Assembly: GCA_963837175.1 (NCBI GenBank)
Contig: CAWIMJ010000050.1
Location: 224,001 to 288,000 of the forward strand
Direction of reading: 5' to 3'
DNA: 64,000 bases
Source of the DNA: an uncultured Nitrososphaeraceae archaeon
GTDB lineage: Archaea; Thermoproteota; Nitrososphaeria; Nitrososphaerales; Nitrososphaeraceae
The notes below the pieces were generated by a model. The model was given only the letters and a program-made list of their open reading frames with translations. It did not search any database and had not been told where the DNA came from. The stretch's first letter is position 1, and each line of letters starts with the position of its first letter. Both the position numbers and the translations under genes were made by a program. Positions 10,468-21,246 of this stretch are shown here, one piece after another.

Positions 10468-10626
10468 TCAAAGATGCTTTTCTAAAAATACAAGGTAAAA
10501 CCATCTTATATGTGGAGAAAAAAGGCGACAGATAATAACGCAGGAAGCAGTGAAATTTTCATACTATGTATAAATGAAATTAGATCTATAACGAACTTCT
10601 GTTTAAAGATAATGGAGGCTTACAGG

Positions 10627-11312
10627 GGCTCTGTTCACTTAATTTTTTCTTTAATAAGCATTCTATTATGCAGATAAACAAACTGATTCATCATCCAATT
10701 GCTAACATGATGTTCTAGTTTACAGTTATCTCTTTTTCTACATGGAAAATAATCATCAAAACATTCTGTTCTATCTTTAAAGTATTGAACTGTTCTCTCA
10801 ATTATGCTTCTGTCATGGAATGAGTGAAGATGATGTTTTATCTTTGCAAATTTACAAGCATATGGATACCATGTCCCACCATCAGTAGAAACTGGGTGCT
10901 TTCCATATCTTCTAACTAATTCTTGTAGAAACCGTTCTGCAACAAGTATGCTTCTCTCAAAAGAAATTCTAATACCGAGAATCAGCTTATCTATTGGCTC
11001 AATGGCAATCCATAACCATGCATATTGATTGCCAACTTTAAGTAGTGTTTCATCTATATTATAAATTCAGATACTTTTCTCTTATTCTGAAGTATCTTTT
11101 TTGGTTTGAAGCGTTGAATCCAATTCCATATCGAAACATGATTCCTTTTTATAAATGGAAACAGGTGTTCTGATGCTCTTCTGAGTGAAAGGCCTGAAAA
11201 GTATAGATGTAGTGCATAGTAGATGTACTTTGAAGATGTTCTATTTCTTTTGAGTAGCATAATAGGGATAAGATACTTTCAGCTATAGATTTAACGTTAA
11301 GTGAACAGAGCC
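10627..11312 (-). mobile_element. IS6-family insertion sequence (686 bp), transposase frameshifted
   Basis: Perfect 16-bp TIRs GGCTCTGTTCACTTAA; flanks CTTACAGG/GTTACAGG (8-bp TSD, 1 mismatch); tnp YFSGLSLR..HVSIWNWIQ..IIDET..STDGGTWY..IERT with a 2-nt slip at ~11056. Confidence 0.93.
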
Positions 11313-11408
11313 GTTACAGGGATAAGAAGGTTTAAATGATTTTAGATTTTCTTTTGAGTCTCAAAAATAAACTTTAAATTCGGATATTAATCTTCAAGCT
11401 ATTTGTAT

Positions 11409-11588
11409 ATGTCTAAACCATTGCAATTACCAGTATGTACCTCTTGCAGTAGACCTATTATGCCAAATGACGAATGTGTAAAATATTATTGTCCCAGCTG
11501 TGGATATGTTCTGATTTGGCGATGTGAGAGCTGTCGCGAGTTTGCCAGAGTTTACAAATGCGTCGGCTGCGGATTCGAGGGACCTTAG
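11409..11588 (+). CDS. Zn-ribbon protein (DUF1610/HVO_2753-like)
   Basis: CTSC, CPSCG, IWRCESCR, YKCVGCGFEGP; conserved position upstream of aEF-1beta. Confidence 0.92.
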   Translation: MSKPLQLPVCTSCSRPIMPNDECVKYYCPSCGYVLIWRCESCREFARVYKCVGCGFEGP

Positions 11589-11590
11589 AA

Positions 11591-11872
11591 ATGACTCGTC
11601 TACTTGCAAGAATTAGAATTTTGCCTGCAGATGCCGAATCAAATCTAGACATGGTGATCCAAACACTAAAGAACAAGGTTCCTAAGGACATGGAGTTAAA
11701 GTCACATATAAAAGAACCAATCGCCTTTGGCCTGAATGCTATCGTTGGAGATTTTCTGCTAGACGACGCAGAAGGCCAGATGAATAGATTAGAGGACGCT
11801 GTCAGGGACACTGAAGGAGTGGGCGAAATAGAAGTAATTAACATAAGCAGACACTCTGTAAAATTAAAATGA
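11591..11872 (+). CDS. ef1b: Elongation factor 1-beta
   Basis: ATG at 11591: MTRLLARIRILP...EPIAFGLNAI...EGVGEIEV. Confidence 0.93.
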   Translation: MTRLLARIRILPADAESNLDMVIQTLKNKVPKDMELKSHIKEPIAFGLNAIVGDFLLDDAEGQMNRLEDAVRDTEGVGEIEVINISRHSVKLK

Positions 11873-11914
11873 TAAGGAAAAATTATAAATGCGGGAGGTT
11901 GTAACGGCAAGCCT

Positions 11915-14113
11915 TTGAAAAAGTCTCGCGGGACCATCGGTGAATCGTCGCCAACAATCCATTTGAGGGTAGTTGAGGCAAAACATCGTGATGTAGGAAA
12001 GCGTCGAGCAAGGATCGAATCTGATTCTATGCATCATCTTGGAATTGAACCTGGAGAAGTGATTGAAATAATTGGCAAACGTAATACTGCGGTGACTGCA
12101 TGGCCTGACGATGAAGAGGAAAAGGAAATCGATGTTATTAGAATTGACGGACAGACTAGAAAGAATGCCGGCGTAGGATTGAATGATTTACTGGCAGTAA
12201 AAAAGGTTGAATCAAAACCTGCACGCAGTGTAGTCTTGATGCCATTAGGTAATAGCAACATTGTTGTAGACAAAGAATTCTGTGAATTTGTAAAAAACAG
12301 GTTAAGGGGTTTTCCAGTAAATGAAGGCGATGAGATATCTGTTGTGATCCTAGGTAATCCTATGGATTTTCGGATCGAACGAGTTACACCTCACACAATA
12401 GTAAAGATTGAACAATCAACTAAACTTACCTTAATGGCGGAGATAGCAGTTGAACAGAAACCACGGGTAACTTATGAGCAAATCGGCGGTTTGAAAGAAC
12501 AGATCAAGCGACTTCGAGAGATTGTAGAATTGCCTTTGCGGCATCCAGAGGTATTTGTACGTCTTGGTATCGAGCCCCATAACGGTATACTCATGTATGG
12601 ATCTCCTGGTTGCGGAAAAACCTTAATTGCTAAGGCTCTCGCGTCAGAATCAGAAGCAAATTTTTATATTATTAATGGTCCGGAAATTGTAAACAAGTAT
12701 TACGGAGAAACGGAGGCAAGATTAAGAGATATTTTTAAAGAAGCAAAGGATACGTCTCCTAGTATTATATTTATTGATGAAATTGATGCAATTGCTCCAA
12801 AAAGAGAGGAAGCTTTTGGTGACGTCGAGAAAAGGGTTGTTGCACAATTGCTTGCTTTAATGGATGGTATGTCCGAACGAGGAAATGTAATTGTACTCGG
12901 AGCAACGAATAGACCAGAAAGCATAGATCCCGCATTGAGACGTCCTGGAAGGTTTGATAGGGAAATAGAAATAGGTGTTCCTAATGCAGAAGGAAGAATA
13001 GAAATTCTTCAAATTCATACTAGGGGAATGCCTCTTGCGGCAGATATAGATATGCGACAATTAGCATCTGAACTTTATGGATATACTGGTGCTGATATCA
13101 AGGCGTTATGCAGAGAAGCTGCTATGAAAGCTCTCAGACGTTATCTTCCAGAAATTGATATTGAAGGAGATAAAGTTTCATCAGACACACTCGAGATGAT
13201 GGAAATTAGGACTAAAGATTTCAAAGAAGGAATGAAGGAGATAATTCCAACTGCAATGAGAGAATTTTATGTGGAAGTCGCACGAGTTAAATGGAGCGAC
13301 GTAGGAGGTTTATATGAAGCAAAACGGACGCTATATGATAATCTTATTACTGCAATTAAAGATCCCGATGGCTTTTATAAAATGGGTATAAGGCCGCCGC
13401 GAGGAGCTTTGTTGTTTGGACCTCCTGGCTGCGGCAAGACGTTGATTGCAAAATCCCTAGCTACCGAGAGTAGTGCCAACATAATTGTCGTACGCGGACC
13501 TGAGGTTTTATCTAAGTGGGTGGGCGAGTCTGAAAAAGCTATACGCGAAATATTCAGGAAAGCAAAGGCTTCTTCTCCGTGCGTTGTAGTATTTGATGAA
13601 TTGGATTCTCTTGCTAGACCAAGAGGTGGGCCAGAAGATTTAGCCGGTAATGAAAGAGTGCTTTCACAGATTTTAACTGAAATGGATGATTCCGGATCTG
13701 CAGGAGTTATTGTAATTGGTATTACCAATAGGCCTGACCTTATTGACACATCTATGCTTCGTCCGGGAAGACTGGATCTAATAGTGTACATTGGTTCACC
13801 AGATGATAGGGCACGGCATGAAATTATGAAAATACTTACTTCGTCTATGCCGTTAGCAAAGAATGTAAATTTAGAAGATATTTCTGAGTCTACAAAAGGA
13901 TTTAGTGGTGCAGATCTAGTTGCTTTATGCAGGGAAGCTGCTGTTAATGCAATGAGAACCAAATCAAATATTGTTAATAATACTGATTTTGGTAAGGCGT
14001 TACATCTAGTAAAGCCCTCAATAACTAAGGATATAGAGGAGTGGTATGAAACGATGAAAAAAAGTGTTACTTATGCGATGCCAAGACCCATAGACAAAGC
14101 ATTTTATGGATAA
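11915..14113 (+). CDS. cdc48: Cdc48/VCP-family AAA+ ATPase
   Basis: N-domain plus two AAA modules ([20 protein letters not shown]; [19 protein letters not shown]); C-terminal HbYX motif FYG. Confidence 0.96.
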   Translation: MKKSRGTIGESSPTIHLRVVEAKHRDVGKRRARIESDSMHHLGIEPGEVIEIIGKRNTAVTAWPDDEEEKEIDVIRIDGQTRKNAGVGLNDLLAVKKVESKPARSVVLMPLGNSNIVVDKEFCEFVKNRLRGFPVNEGDEISVVILGNPMDFRIERVTPHTIVKIEQSTKLTLMAEIAVEQKPRVTYEQIGGLKEQIKRLREIVELPLRHPEVFVRLGIEPHNGILMYGSPGCGKTLIAKALASESEANFYIINGPEIVNKYYGETEARLRDIFKEAKDTSPSIIFIDEIDAIAPKREEAFGDVEKRVVAQLLALMDGMSERGNVIVLGATNRPESIDPALRRPGRFDREIEIGVPNAEGRIEILQIHTRGMPLAADIDMRQLASELYGYTGADIKALCREAAMKALRRYLPEIDIEGDKVSSDTLEMMEIRTKDFKEGMKEIIPTAMREFYVEVARVKWSDVGGLYEAKRTLYDNLITAIKDPDGFYKMGIRPPRGALLFGPPGCGKTLIAKSLATESSANIIVVRGPEVLSKWVGESEKAIREIFRKAKASSPCVVVFDELDSLARPRGGPEDLAGNERVLSQILTEMDDSGSAGVIVIGITNRPDLIDTSMLRPGRLDLIVYIGSPDDRARHEIMKILTSSMPLAKNVNLEDISESTKGFSGADLVALCREAAVNAMRTKSNIVNNTDFGKALHLVKPSITKDIEEWYETMKKSVTYAMPRPIDKAFYG

Positions 14114-14422
14114 TAATTAGCAGATGAAGGTTCTTTTGCATTAAATAGATATTCTTTATCAGTAAAAAAAGACATTCAATAATAGATATCTTATCACTAG
14201 CTCGGCACACTTCATAGTTGAATATTTGGAATGTTGAGTTAAAACTGAGTATGTGTGTGTGGGGCAGCAAGACAGTTCCATCTATATATTCTCAAGAGAC
14301 AAATGGTGTAAAGATGCCTTCAGTATCTATTGCGAAGAGATTTCTTACAACAATTAGAGATATAATATCACAAAAACAAACATTTCTTAATTCTTGTTAT
14401 CTGTATACTTCATCCATTCTGT

Positions 14423-14599
14423 AAGCTTTTCTCCGTTGCCGTTGCTATAGGAGTAATAACCACCATTATGGCTCCTATATTAGCTCGGTCTTTTATTGAA
14501 AAGTCTAAGATTAAAACAAAGCAGTCCTTTTTGGAAGAATCTGATATTTTAAAAAAAACATCTCGAATTAATATTAAAATTAAAATAAAAGCTTTCTAA
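14423..14599 (+). pseudogene. C-terminal relic resembling a cation:proton antiporter
   Basis: Startless frame KLFSVAVAIGVITTIMAPILARSFIEK, resembling the last TM helix of CPA2/Kef antiporters. Confidence 0.35.
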
Positions 14600-14610
14600 A
14601 AAGATCACTA

Positions 14611-15039
14611 TTGTTTTTTAAAAATAAGAGGATAAAGCGAGAAGCAGCCAAAAGGCATGTGGTAATGACTCGACAAGTAGCTGATGGAATAATCACATAT
14701 GCTAAAAGCTGGCATCCGCACGAGGGAATTTTGATTTTGCAAGGTAAAATCAAGAAGGAAGAAATTATAATAGAGGGTTTGATAATTCCACCATTTTCAT
14801 TGCATGGTCCATATTATTCTGGATTTTCAGGATATGAATTGCCTTTTGATCTCTCATATATAGGTACAGCACATTCTCATCCAGGAGGCTCCAACAAACC
14901 TTCGCTCGAGGATCTAAATAATTATTATGGTTTGGTCTCAATAATTATTAGCTATCCTTACGAAGATAACACTATTGGAGCCTTTGATAGAAGTGGTAAG
15001 ATTATGGAAATAAAAATCCTAACCCCTGATACGATTTGA
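14611..15039 (+). CDS. JAMM/MPN+ (Mov34) metalloprotease
   Basis: Complete JAMM motif E(HPHE)...HSHPGGSNKPSLED (H-x-H-x7-S-x2-D). Confidence 0.9.
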   Translation: MFFKNKRIKREAAKRHVVMTRQVADGIITYAKSWHPHEGILILQGKIKKEEIIIEGLIIPPFSLHGPYYSGFSGYELPFDLSYIGTAHSHPGGSNKPSLEDLNNYYGLVSIIISYPYEDNTIGAFDRSGKIMEIKILTPDTI

Positions 15040-15389
15040 GATTTTTTTAGTAAACTTAATAAAACAATACTGGCAATTTCACTATATAAGTATGAATTGG
15101 ATAGGCCATTCGGAGATATGTATGATAAGCGAATCATTTGTTATAAGCTTGAGGCTATCCATGATCTTTCCTTCTTTAATCTCTTCACCGTTAGCGCTGG
15201 CGATTTTCATTGGTATTTCTTGTTATAAGACAAAACAAACAATGTTAGGTAGGGATATGTATAAAGAAAACATATGCAATGAAATGTTACTAAGATCAAG
15301 AATGATTACGAACATATTTGTTGCGACCATGAATTTGAAAGCAAAGCTTTTCATTACTCCAGATCAAAAATCCGGAGAAAGGATTTAAG

Positions 15390-15710
15390 TTGACACTCGA
15401 ACAATTACGTGAAAAAGCTTTTTTTCAAAATACTATTGACGTGTGGATAATATTGTGCGAGGAGAAAGGTTGGAATTGGTATAATACCAAAGATTACAGG
15501 AATTTTATTGCTCATCTTAATTCAAAGGGAATAAAGATGCAGAAATTTCCTCTTTGTATAAAGGAATCAGGTGGAATGTATGAACGTGGTAAAGATAAGA
15601 CTAAATTCCTCGATGAACTATCTCAGCTCGCCTCTTATGATTCTGCCGCATATACAATAAAATTAAACACAGATACTCTTGCCTACGCTAGATCGTTTAA
15701 TTTAAAATAG
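15390..15710 (+). CDS. Conserved hypothetical protein
   Basis: Protein-like ORF (FFQNTIDVWI...KFPLCIKESGGMYERG). Confidence 0.7.
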   Translation: MTLEQLREKAFFQNTIDVWIILCEEKGWNWYNTKDYRNFIAHLNSKGIKMQKFPLCIKESGGMYERGKDKTKFLDELSQLASYDSAAYTIKLNTDTLAYARSFNLK

Positions 15711-16050
15711 GGATTTTGAACAGACTTCTTTTAATATTAAGATATGAACTCTTTTTAGAGTTTTTATTGCAGTAAATTGCTAATAATCCCTGCAGTTTAA
15801 TGTCCGCTTACATAAATTAGATATAAATGATAACGAGGATATGAAAATCGAAACGTACTTGGTCTTACCCAATTTAATCCTCATACAATTTCCACGTACC
15901 CAAGCTTAACGATGTAATAATAATTATCATATTGTTATATCGAAAAATATACTTATCCTATACCATTGAATTTTTTTTATTTCTAAAGTATGAAATGTTC
16001 ATCATTAACAATAGCTTAAAATTAAATATATTTATTCTTGTAATGTTGTT

Positions 16051-16830
16051 TTGGTCAGAATGTTATTTGATGCACATATACATTTAACCGATGACGAATT
16101 TACATCTTATAGGGAATTTATTGTAAATAACCTGAGGGCGTTAAAAATAAAAGCTTGTTCAGTTACAGTAAATATAGAGACCGCACTACGAAACCTCCAA
16201 TATTTTAACCATTCAACTAATGACGTAATAACAAAATTTATAGGAATACATCCAGAATTTGCCAATAGAGAAGATCTTTCTAAATTTATTGAAATATTTA
16301 ATGAAAATAGCGCAGCAATAAAGGGTATCGGTGAAATTGGCATCGATCCTACATATGTAAATAACAAAGTAAGTACTTATCAAAAACAGAAGGAAGTTTT
16401 TGATTTGATGTTAAGCTTGGCCGAAGCTACAAAGAAACCTGTTTCCATACATTCTAGGCGAGCACTGGACGACATATTAGAAACTCTATGCTCATACAAT
16501 ATCGACTGTGTTTTATTACATTGGTTTGCAGGAAGTAAAAACCAATTAAAAAAGTCAATGGATATGCGTCTGTATGTATCCTATGGTCCAGCTCTGGTAT
16601 ATTCTAATGATAAAAAGACATTATTACAGAATACTGACAGAGATAGAATTCTTGTCGAAACGGATGGACCTGTAAGATATTCGAGATGCTTTAATAATTA
16701 TCCAGCAATGTCTAGTTCTTTTTTAATAACTGTTGTTGACAGCGTAGCTAAAATACTAGGAATAAGCTACGAAGAGACATTAGATATACTCAGAATTAAT
16801 TCTGAATCCTATTTAAAAGAGAGATTATAA
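16051..16830 (+). CDS. tatD: TatD-family DNase
   Basis: DAHIH, GIHP, IGEIGID, SIHSR, LHWF, LVETDGP. Confidence 0.93.
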   Translation: MVRMLFDAHIHLTDDEFTSYREFIVNNLRALKIKACSVTVNIETALRNLQYFNHSTNDVITKFIGIHPEFANREDLSKFIEIFNENSAAIKGIGEIGIDPTYVNNKVSTYQKQKEVFDLMLSLAEATKKPVSIHSRRALDDILETLCSYNIDCVLLHWFAGSKNQLKKSMDMRLYVSYGPALVYSNDKKTLLQNTDRDRILVETDGPVRYSRCFNNYPAMSSSFLITVVDSVAKILGISYEETLDILRINSESYLKERL

Positions 16831-16866
16831 CAAAGATAAAATACCCTGCTATTAGATATTTTCTTG

Positions 16867-17130
16867 ATGGATCGAGTTAGACGCATTTCTACTGAGCTTT
16901 TGGAAAAATATCCAGACAAATTCACTGTTGATTTTGACGAAAACAAGAAAATTATTAACGATATAGCTGCAGTGAGATCGAAGATACTGCGAAACAAGAT
17001 CGCAGGATATATAACCTCATATCTTCATAAGGCAGCCATGCGAAATGAGCAAGAAATTTCTGATTCCGAGCGAGAAGAATTAGAAAAAGGACCAGATATA
17101 GAAAAAGAACAGTATAGTAGAAATAATTAG
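16867..17130 (+). CDS. rps17e: 30S ribosomal protein S17e
   Basis: LLEKYPDKFTVDFDENKK...SKILRNKIAGYIT. Confidence 0.95.
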   Translation: MDRVRRISTELLEKYPDKFTVDFDENKKIINDIAAVRSKILRNKIAGYITSYLHKAAMRNEQEISDSEREELEKGPDIEKEQYSRNN

Positions 17131-17396
17131 TGCCTCCAATGATAACTATCAATATACTCGGTGGTGCAAGAAAAATAGTTGGGACGTCATCACTAGAGTT
17201 TAACAGGTCTAATGCGTCAATATCTGAGATTTTGGCGTTCCTACAGGAGAATGCTGCAGAACCTAAAATTTTAAGTGTAAATAATATTCTAATAGCCGTA
17301 AATGGGGTAGAATCATCAGCACTGTCAGGAAATGAAACAGTTGCAAAAACAGGAGATGTGATAACTATTGTCTCTGTAGTTCATGGTGGTATTTAA
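17130..17396 (+). CDS. Ubiquitin-like beta-grasp protein (MoaD/ThiS/Urm1/SAMP)
   Basis: ILIAVNG...GDVITIVSVVHGG-I; start overlaps the rps17e stop. Confidence 0.88.
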   Translation: MPPMITINILGGARKIVGTSSLEFNRSNASISEILAFLQENAAEPKILSVNNILIAVNGVESSALSGNETVAKTGDVITIVSVVHGGI

Positions 17397-17541
17397 TTTC
17401 CATTATCAATCTACATAATACATGAAAAAAGTATTGCCTTTGCCATGACATTCTATGACATTCGTAAGCCCAAATAAAGAATGTATTTAACAATAGATTT
17501 ATTATCACGAAGTTCGTTATTCTATAAAAAAGATATTTGTA

Positions 17542-18081
17542 GTGATTAGATCGATGACAATGTGTCTAGTAGATAACACATTCTATTCAATTGTAGGAGT
17601 TAAGAAAATAAACATGAAGGACATTGGAAGATTTCTAGAAGAATTAAGGAACCTTTTCCCGGAGGTATCAATACAAGCATTGGACGCAAATATTGTATAT
17701 GGACATGAACACATTGATCAAGTCCTAAAAATCACGTTAGAAGCTATAAAAAGAAAAATAACCATTGCTCATAAAGCCGAAATTGATCTTTTACTTCGAT
17801 TGTCCTCTACTGATCAGATATCACTCGCTTTAAAATATGCTGGTCTAAAAAATGGATCGCCAGGTTGCTTCATCTTTTTTTCGAAAGATAAAACAAAGCT
17901 CGCGAAAACGAAATCATATATTGAAAACGTGTTCTCTGACAAAGACAACTCTATTATAAATGCTAATACAATAAAAAGAAAAATTATCTCTGAGCGAATT
18001 GGTATATCTTCAGCTAATTTATTCGATGATCAAACTTTTATTCTATATCTTGTAGAAAGGGCTTGTCTAATCATGAAGTAG
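17542..18081 (+). CDS. cgi121: KEOPS complex subunit Cgi121
   Basis: QALDANIVYGHEHI, EIDLLLRLSSTDQISLALKYAG, LVERACL. Confidence 0.85.
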   Translation: MIRSMTMCLVDNTFYSIVGVKKINMKDIGRFLEELRNLFPEVSIQALDANIVYGHEHIDQVLKITLEAIKRKITIAHKAEIDLLLRLSSTDQISLALKYAGLKNGSPGCFIFFSKDKTKLAKTKSYIENVFSDKDNSIINANTIKRKIISERIGISSANLFDDQTFILYLVERACLIMK

Positions 18082-18601
18082 AAATTTTCCTTTTTTCGAC
18101 AACAGAGCTAAATATCTGATTAGGTCTCAATACAGAGACTCCTGTTACTTTCCCCACTATTTCCACCAGGACAATCCAATCTGGCTTTTCCAGATTTACC
18201 TTATTGTCTATAGATCCAGCAACTGCTTTGATGACATCCAAAGAGCTTAGAGAAGTGTGTCTTTTTTCTACAGTTATACGAAAAGTTTCATGTTTGTTAA
18301 TCTTTAGAGCAAGTCTTTTAGCGTTACTGGTTATATACTCCAACTGTGTTGGTCCTACTGTTTCTATTGGCAGAAGTCTGAGTATATAGCGAATTTCCCA
18401 TGGATTGTCGATCATTAATTTACGAAATATTTGTATAACTTGAAAAAGATCAATTCTAGTAAATCCTAGTATAATACCAATAATATCAGAGACTTCGGCT
18501 TGAGCTTCTAAGTCACCTGCACTACCAAGGATATCAAGTATTTCATTATATGCTTCTTCCTCACGATGCCTAAAAGTAGAAACTATCAGATTAAAATTCA
18601 T
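18071..18601 (-). CDS. THUMP-domain RNA-binding protein
   Basis: ETFRITVEKRHTSLSSLDVIKAVA...VNLEKPDWIVLVEIVG. Confidence 0.9.
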   Translation of the reverse strand: MNFNLIVSTFRHREEEAYNEILDILGSAGDLEAQAEVSDIIGIILGFTRIDLFQVIQIFRKLMIDNPWEIRYILRLLPIETVGPTQLEYITSNAKRLALKINKHETFRITVEKRHTSLSSLDVIKAVAGSIDNKVNLEKPDWIVLVEIVGKVTGVSVLRPNQIFSSVVEKRKISTS

Positions 18602-18602
18602 A

Positions 18603-19262
18603 TTAATAAACTCTACTATCTCTCTCCAGTGTTGTGTAAATTGCTTCTGATATAATTGCTCCCTCTCTAATGATTTTGGGATGGTGTCCTGTCAAATCTA
18701 CTATAGTTGATTGAATTTTTCCTTCAACTGTTCCGCCATCTAAGATTACATTGAAACCTCTTAAGGATGACGATAAGACTTCACACGCAGATTTGCATGC
18801 TTGCTCACCTGATTTATTTGCGCTTGTCCCTGTAAGATATTTGCAACCTTTAAGCAACGAAAGAGCACAAATATTATTTGGAATTCTTACACCTATGTTC
18901 ATTTCGCCAGCCCTTAAATTATTAGATATCTTTTGGTCTATCAATGGAACAATAATGGTGAGGGCGCCCGGCCAATATATTTCAGCCAATTTTTTTCCTG
19001 TACTGCCCAATGATACAATTCTTTCGATGTCTATAATAGAGGATGCCAAAATAGGAAGGGGATTCATCTTATCACGATTTTTTATCTCGAAAATTTTCTC
19101 AACAGCTTTTTTGTTATATGGATTGCAGCCAAGACCATAAAGCGTATCTGTTGGAAACACTATTACTCCGCCATTCTTCACAATCGAGACACATTTTGTT
19201 ATGTCATCTCGTTCATTGCATTTCAATATTTCGAACGGTAATTCTTCGGTTTTCTTTGACAT
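18603..19262 (-). CDS. sua5: L-threonylcarbamoyladenylate synthase (Sua5/TsaC, YrdC domain)
   Basis: FPTDTLYGLG, KNR...NPL, YWPGALT, GVRIP, TSANKSG, STIVD. Confidence 0.93.
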   Translation of the reverse strand: MSKKTEELPFEILKCNERDDITKCVSIVKNGGVIVFPTDTLYGLGCNPYNKKAVEKIFEIKNRDKMNPLPILASSIIDIERIVSLGSTGKKLAEIYWPGALTIIVPLIDQKISNNLRAGEMNIGVRIPNNICALSLLKGCKYLTGTSANKSGEQACKSACEVLSSSLRGFNVILDGGTVEGKIQSTIVDLTGHHPKIIREGAIISEAIYTTLERDSRVY

Positions 19263-20523
19263 TAAAGTTAATTAAAGTAAGCAAATTTAAGGTTGTTCAG
19301 ATGATGTTATCAATTCTATTGAGAATTTTGCATTATCATAATTGCTATAAATAGATCTTCATCTGTCAATTTATCTTATCAAAAGGTTTGTCAGAGTTAT
19401 ATACGTATGATTTGTTATCGCTTTTGGTTGTAATTCTCCCCAATGTTTTTTGAAATGACATCTGTTAAGTCAGTTACGGTGGAATCATCTTCTATGAAAT
19501 TACTATGATAAATCAGTTCTGAAATCTATAGAATATTTATGGACGCCATTCTCTGGTAAGGTATTTGTTATCTTGCTTTGTCATGAAGTAGTATGTAATT
19601 ATTACATTCACTTTGTATATATATTCAAAATGTTCCCAATGTCACTTAAAGCCAAATTTAAAAGCTGGATAGAGATCCGGGAAAGTGATAATAATCAATA
19701 AGTTCAGAAATAGACATTTTAGATAACCCTCTATTTTACTTGGTCCACTGCCATAATCTAATAGATTATAGTATGTTATTTCATTTATGGAGTATGGATA
19801 TCAATACTAGCTATCATCAAAGAAATTAACAAGAGTACTCTCATCGTACTATCAATAGGATTTATAATAATTTACATTATTAAGGAAACCTGAGGATCAA
19901 ATAGATTAAAAATCTGATTGAGGATAATATTTAATACAAAGATTAATGGTTAGTTGATGATACCCTAATACTCCAATTGTAAAACTTAATAACGAAAAAG
20001 CCAAGTTATTATTTAGTTCATTTCTCTAACTAATAGCTCGGATAATCAAATCAAAACATAAATATCATAAGATGAAAGTTTTTGCAGAAATATACAATAT
20101 TATTAAAATTAGTATGTATAGGATAAAGCTACCGGTCAGGGTTGGAAGTCAAATATTTTTCGAGGATATAAACCTGTAGAATGGTCAAAAGAAAATTTGA
20201 ATCTTTATTATTGCAAAGGCTAATTATGATCAACAATAAGATATGCTATACTAACTAACAAAAGTTCGTTTACAGATTTTTCTTAATATGTAAGGTTTAC
20301 TATGCTTAAAAAATCCTTTTACTTGGTCTTAAAAGATATACGAAATTATGTTAGGCAGTATAAATATGCAGACAGGGGGATTTTATAAAAGTGAATTAGA
20401 TAATAGGTAAGGCTAATATCTGATTGTCTAATTACAATTGAATAGAGGAAATTATTAGGCTGAATATACAGAAGTACGTTACTGAAGTCAAATATAGGTG
20501 GTACCACAAACGATAGATAATCG

Positions 20524-20868
20524 ATGTACTACGGTCCTCATCTGACAATTGTGCTACTAACAATATCTATAATAATTATGGTATTGCTCATGACATGTCC
20601 AAACACACGAGCAGTAAACGCTCAGAACACCGAGCTCGAACGAGCTGTTAGTCAAATACAAATAGAGGATAACATAATAAAAGGAGAAGATTCCTCTAAC
20701 GTATTCTTACTATCCACTCCTGATGCAGAAGGAAGCGATAGCAAAGGAAATGATGTCGAATGTCAAGATGACCCGAATCAAGATGTCAAGGACTGCTCTA
20801 CTACAAAATCAGATCATAATAATAAAGAAATGCAGTCATCTACCGACATATTGTTGCCATTTCCTTAA
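20524..20868 (+). CDS. Secreted hypothetical protein
   Basis: Signal peptide (AVNA), acidic low-complexity body, C-terminal LLPFP. Confidence 0.6.
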   Translation: MYYGPHLTIVLLTISIIIMVLLMTCPNTRAVNAQNTELERAVSQIQIEDNIIKGEDSSNVFLLSTPDAEGSDSKGNDVECQDDPNQDVKDCSTTKSDHNNKEMQSSTDILLPFP

Positions 20869-21246
20869 GAGCACTCATTAGGATTTTTTTATATTTTGTC
20901 TCAGAAATCAACAGTTCTTATCTTCCTATCTTTCTTGCCGATTTATCTTGTATACATTTTTTAAGATATTCTTTATGACCATGATTATAATTCTCATGTC
21001 TTTCCAACAATATAAAACCTAAATTTGATCATGGAGTATCAAGGTATTTCGTCTAGCAGATCTATTTCGGGAACAGAAGTTATACTTCCAAGATGCAAAT
21101 AATTTGAGAATCAGAATATACACTTCTATACTAGCTGTATGCCTAGTGTTATTCTTATAAACCCGCGCCCTGCAAACGCTGTACATAATGTCTCGCGAGT
21201 AGTTTATAAAAAGAGTAACTATCTATCCATTTACGGAGCCAATTTT

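Noticed and set aside
11458-13962. Antisense ORFs over ef1b/cdc48, and similar ones over other genes
   Set aside because: Opposite-strand shadows of conserved genes with no motifs.
15092-15388. 98-aa plus-strand ORF
   Set aside because: No recognisable motif; probably spurious or decayed sequence.
19270-20520. 1.2-kb ORF-free region as an origin or ncRNA
   Set aside because: Very AT-rich, with no ORB-like repeats, cdc6 or structure; probably decayed DNA.
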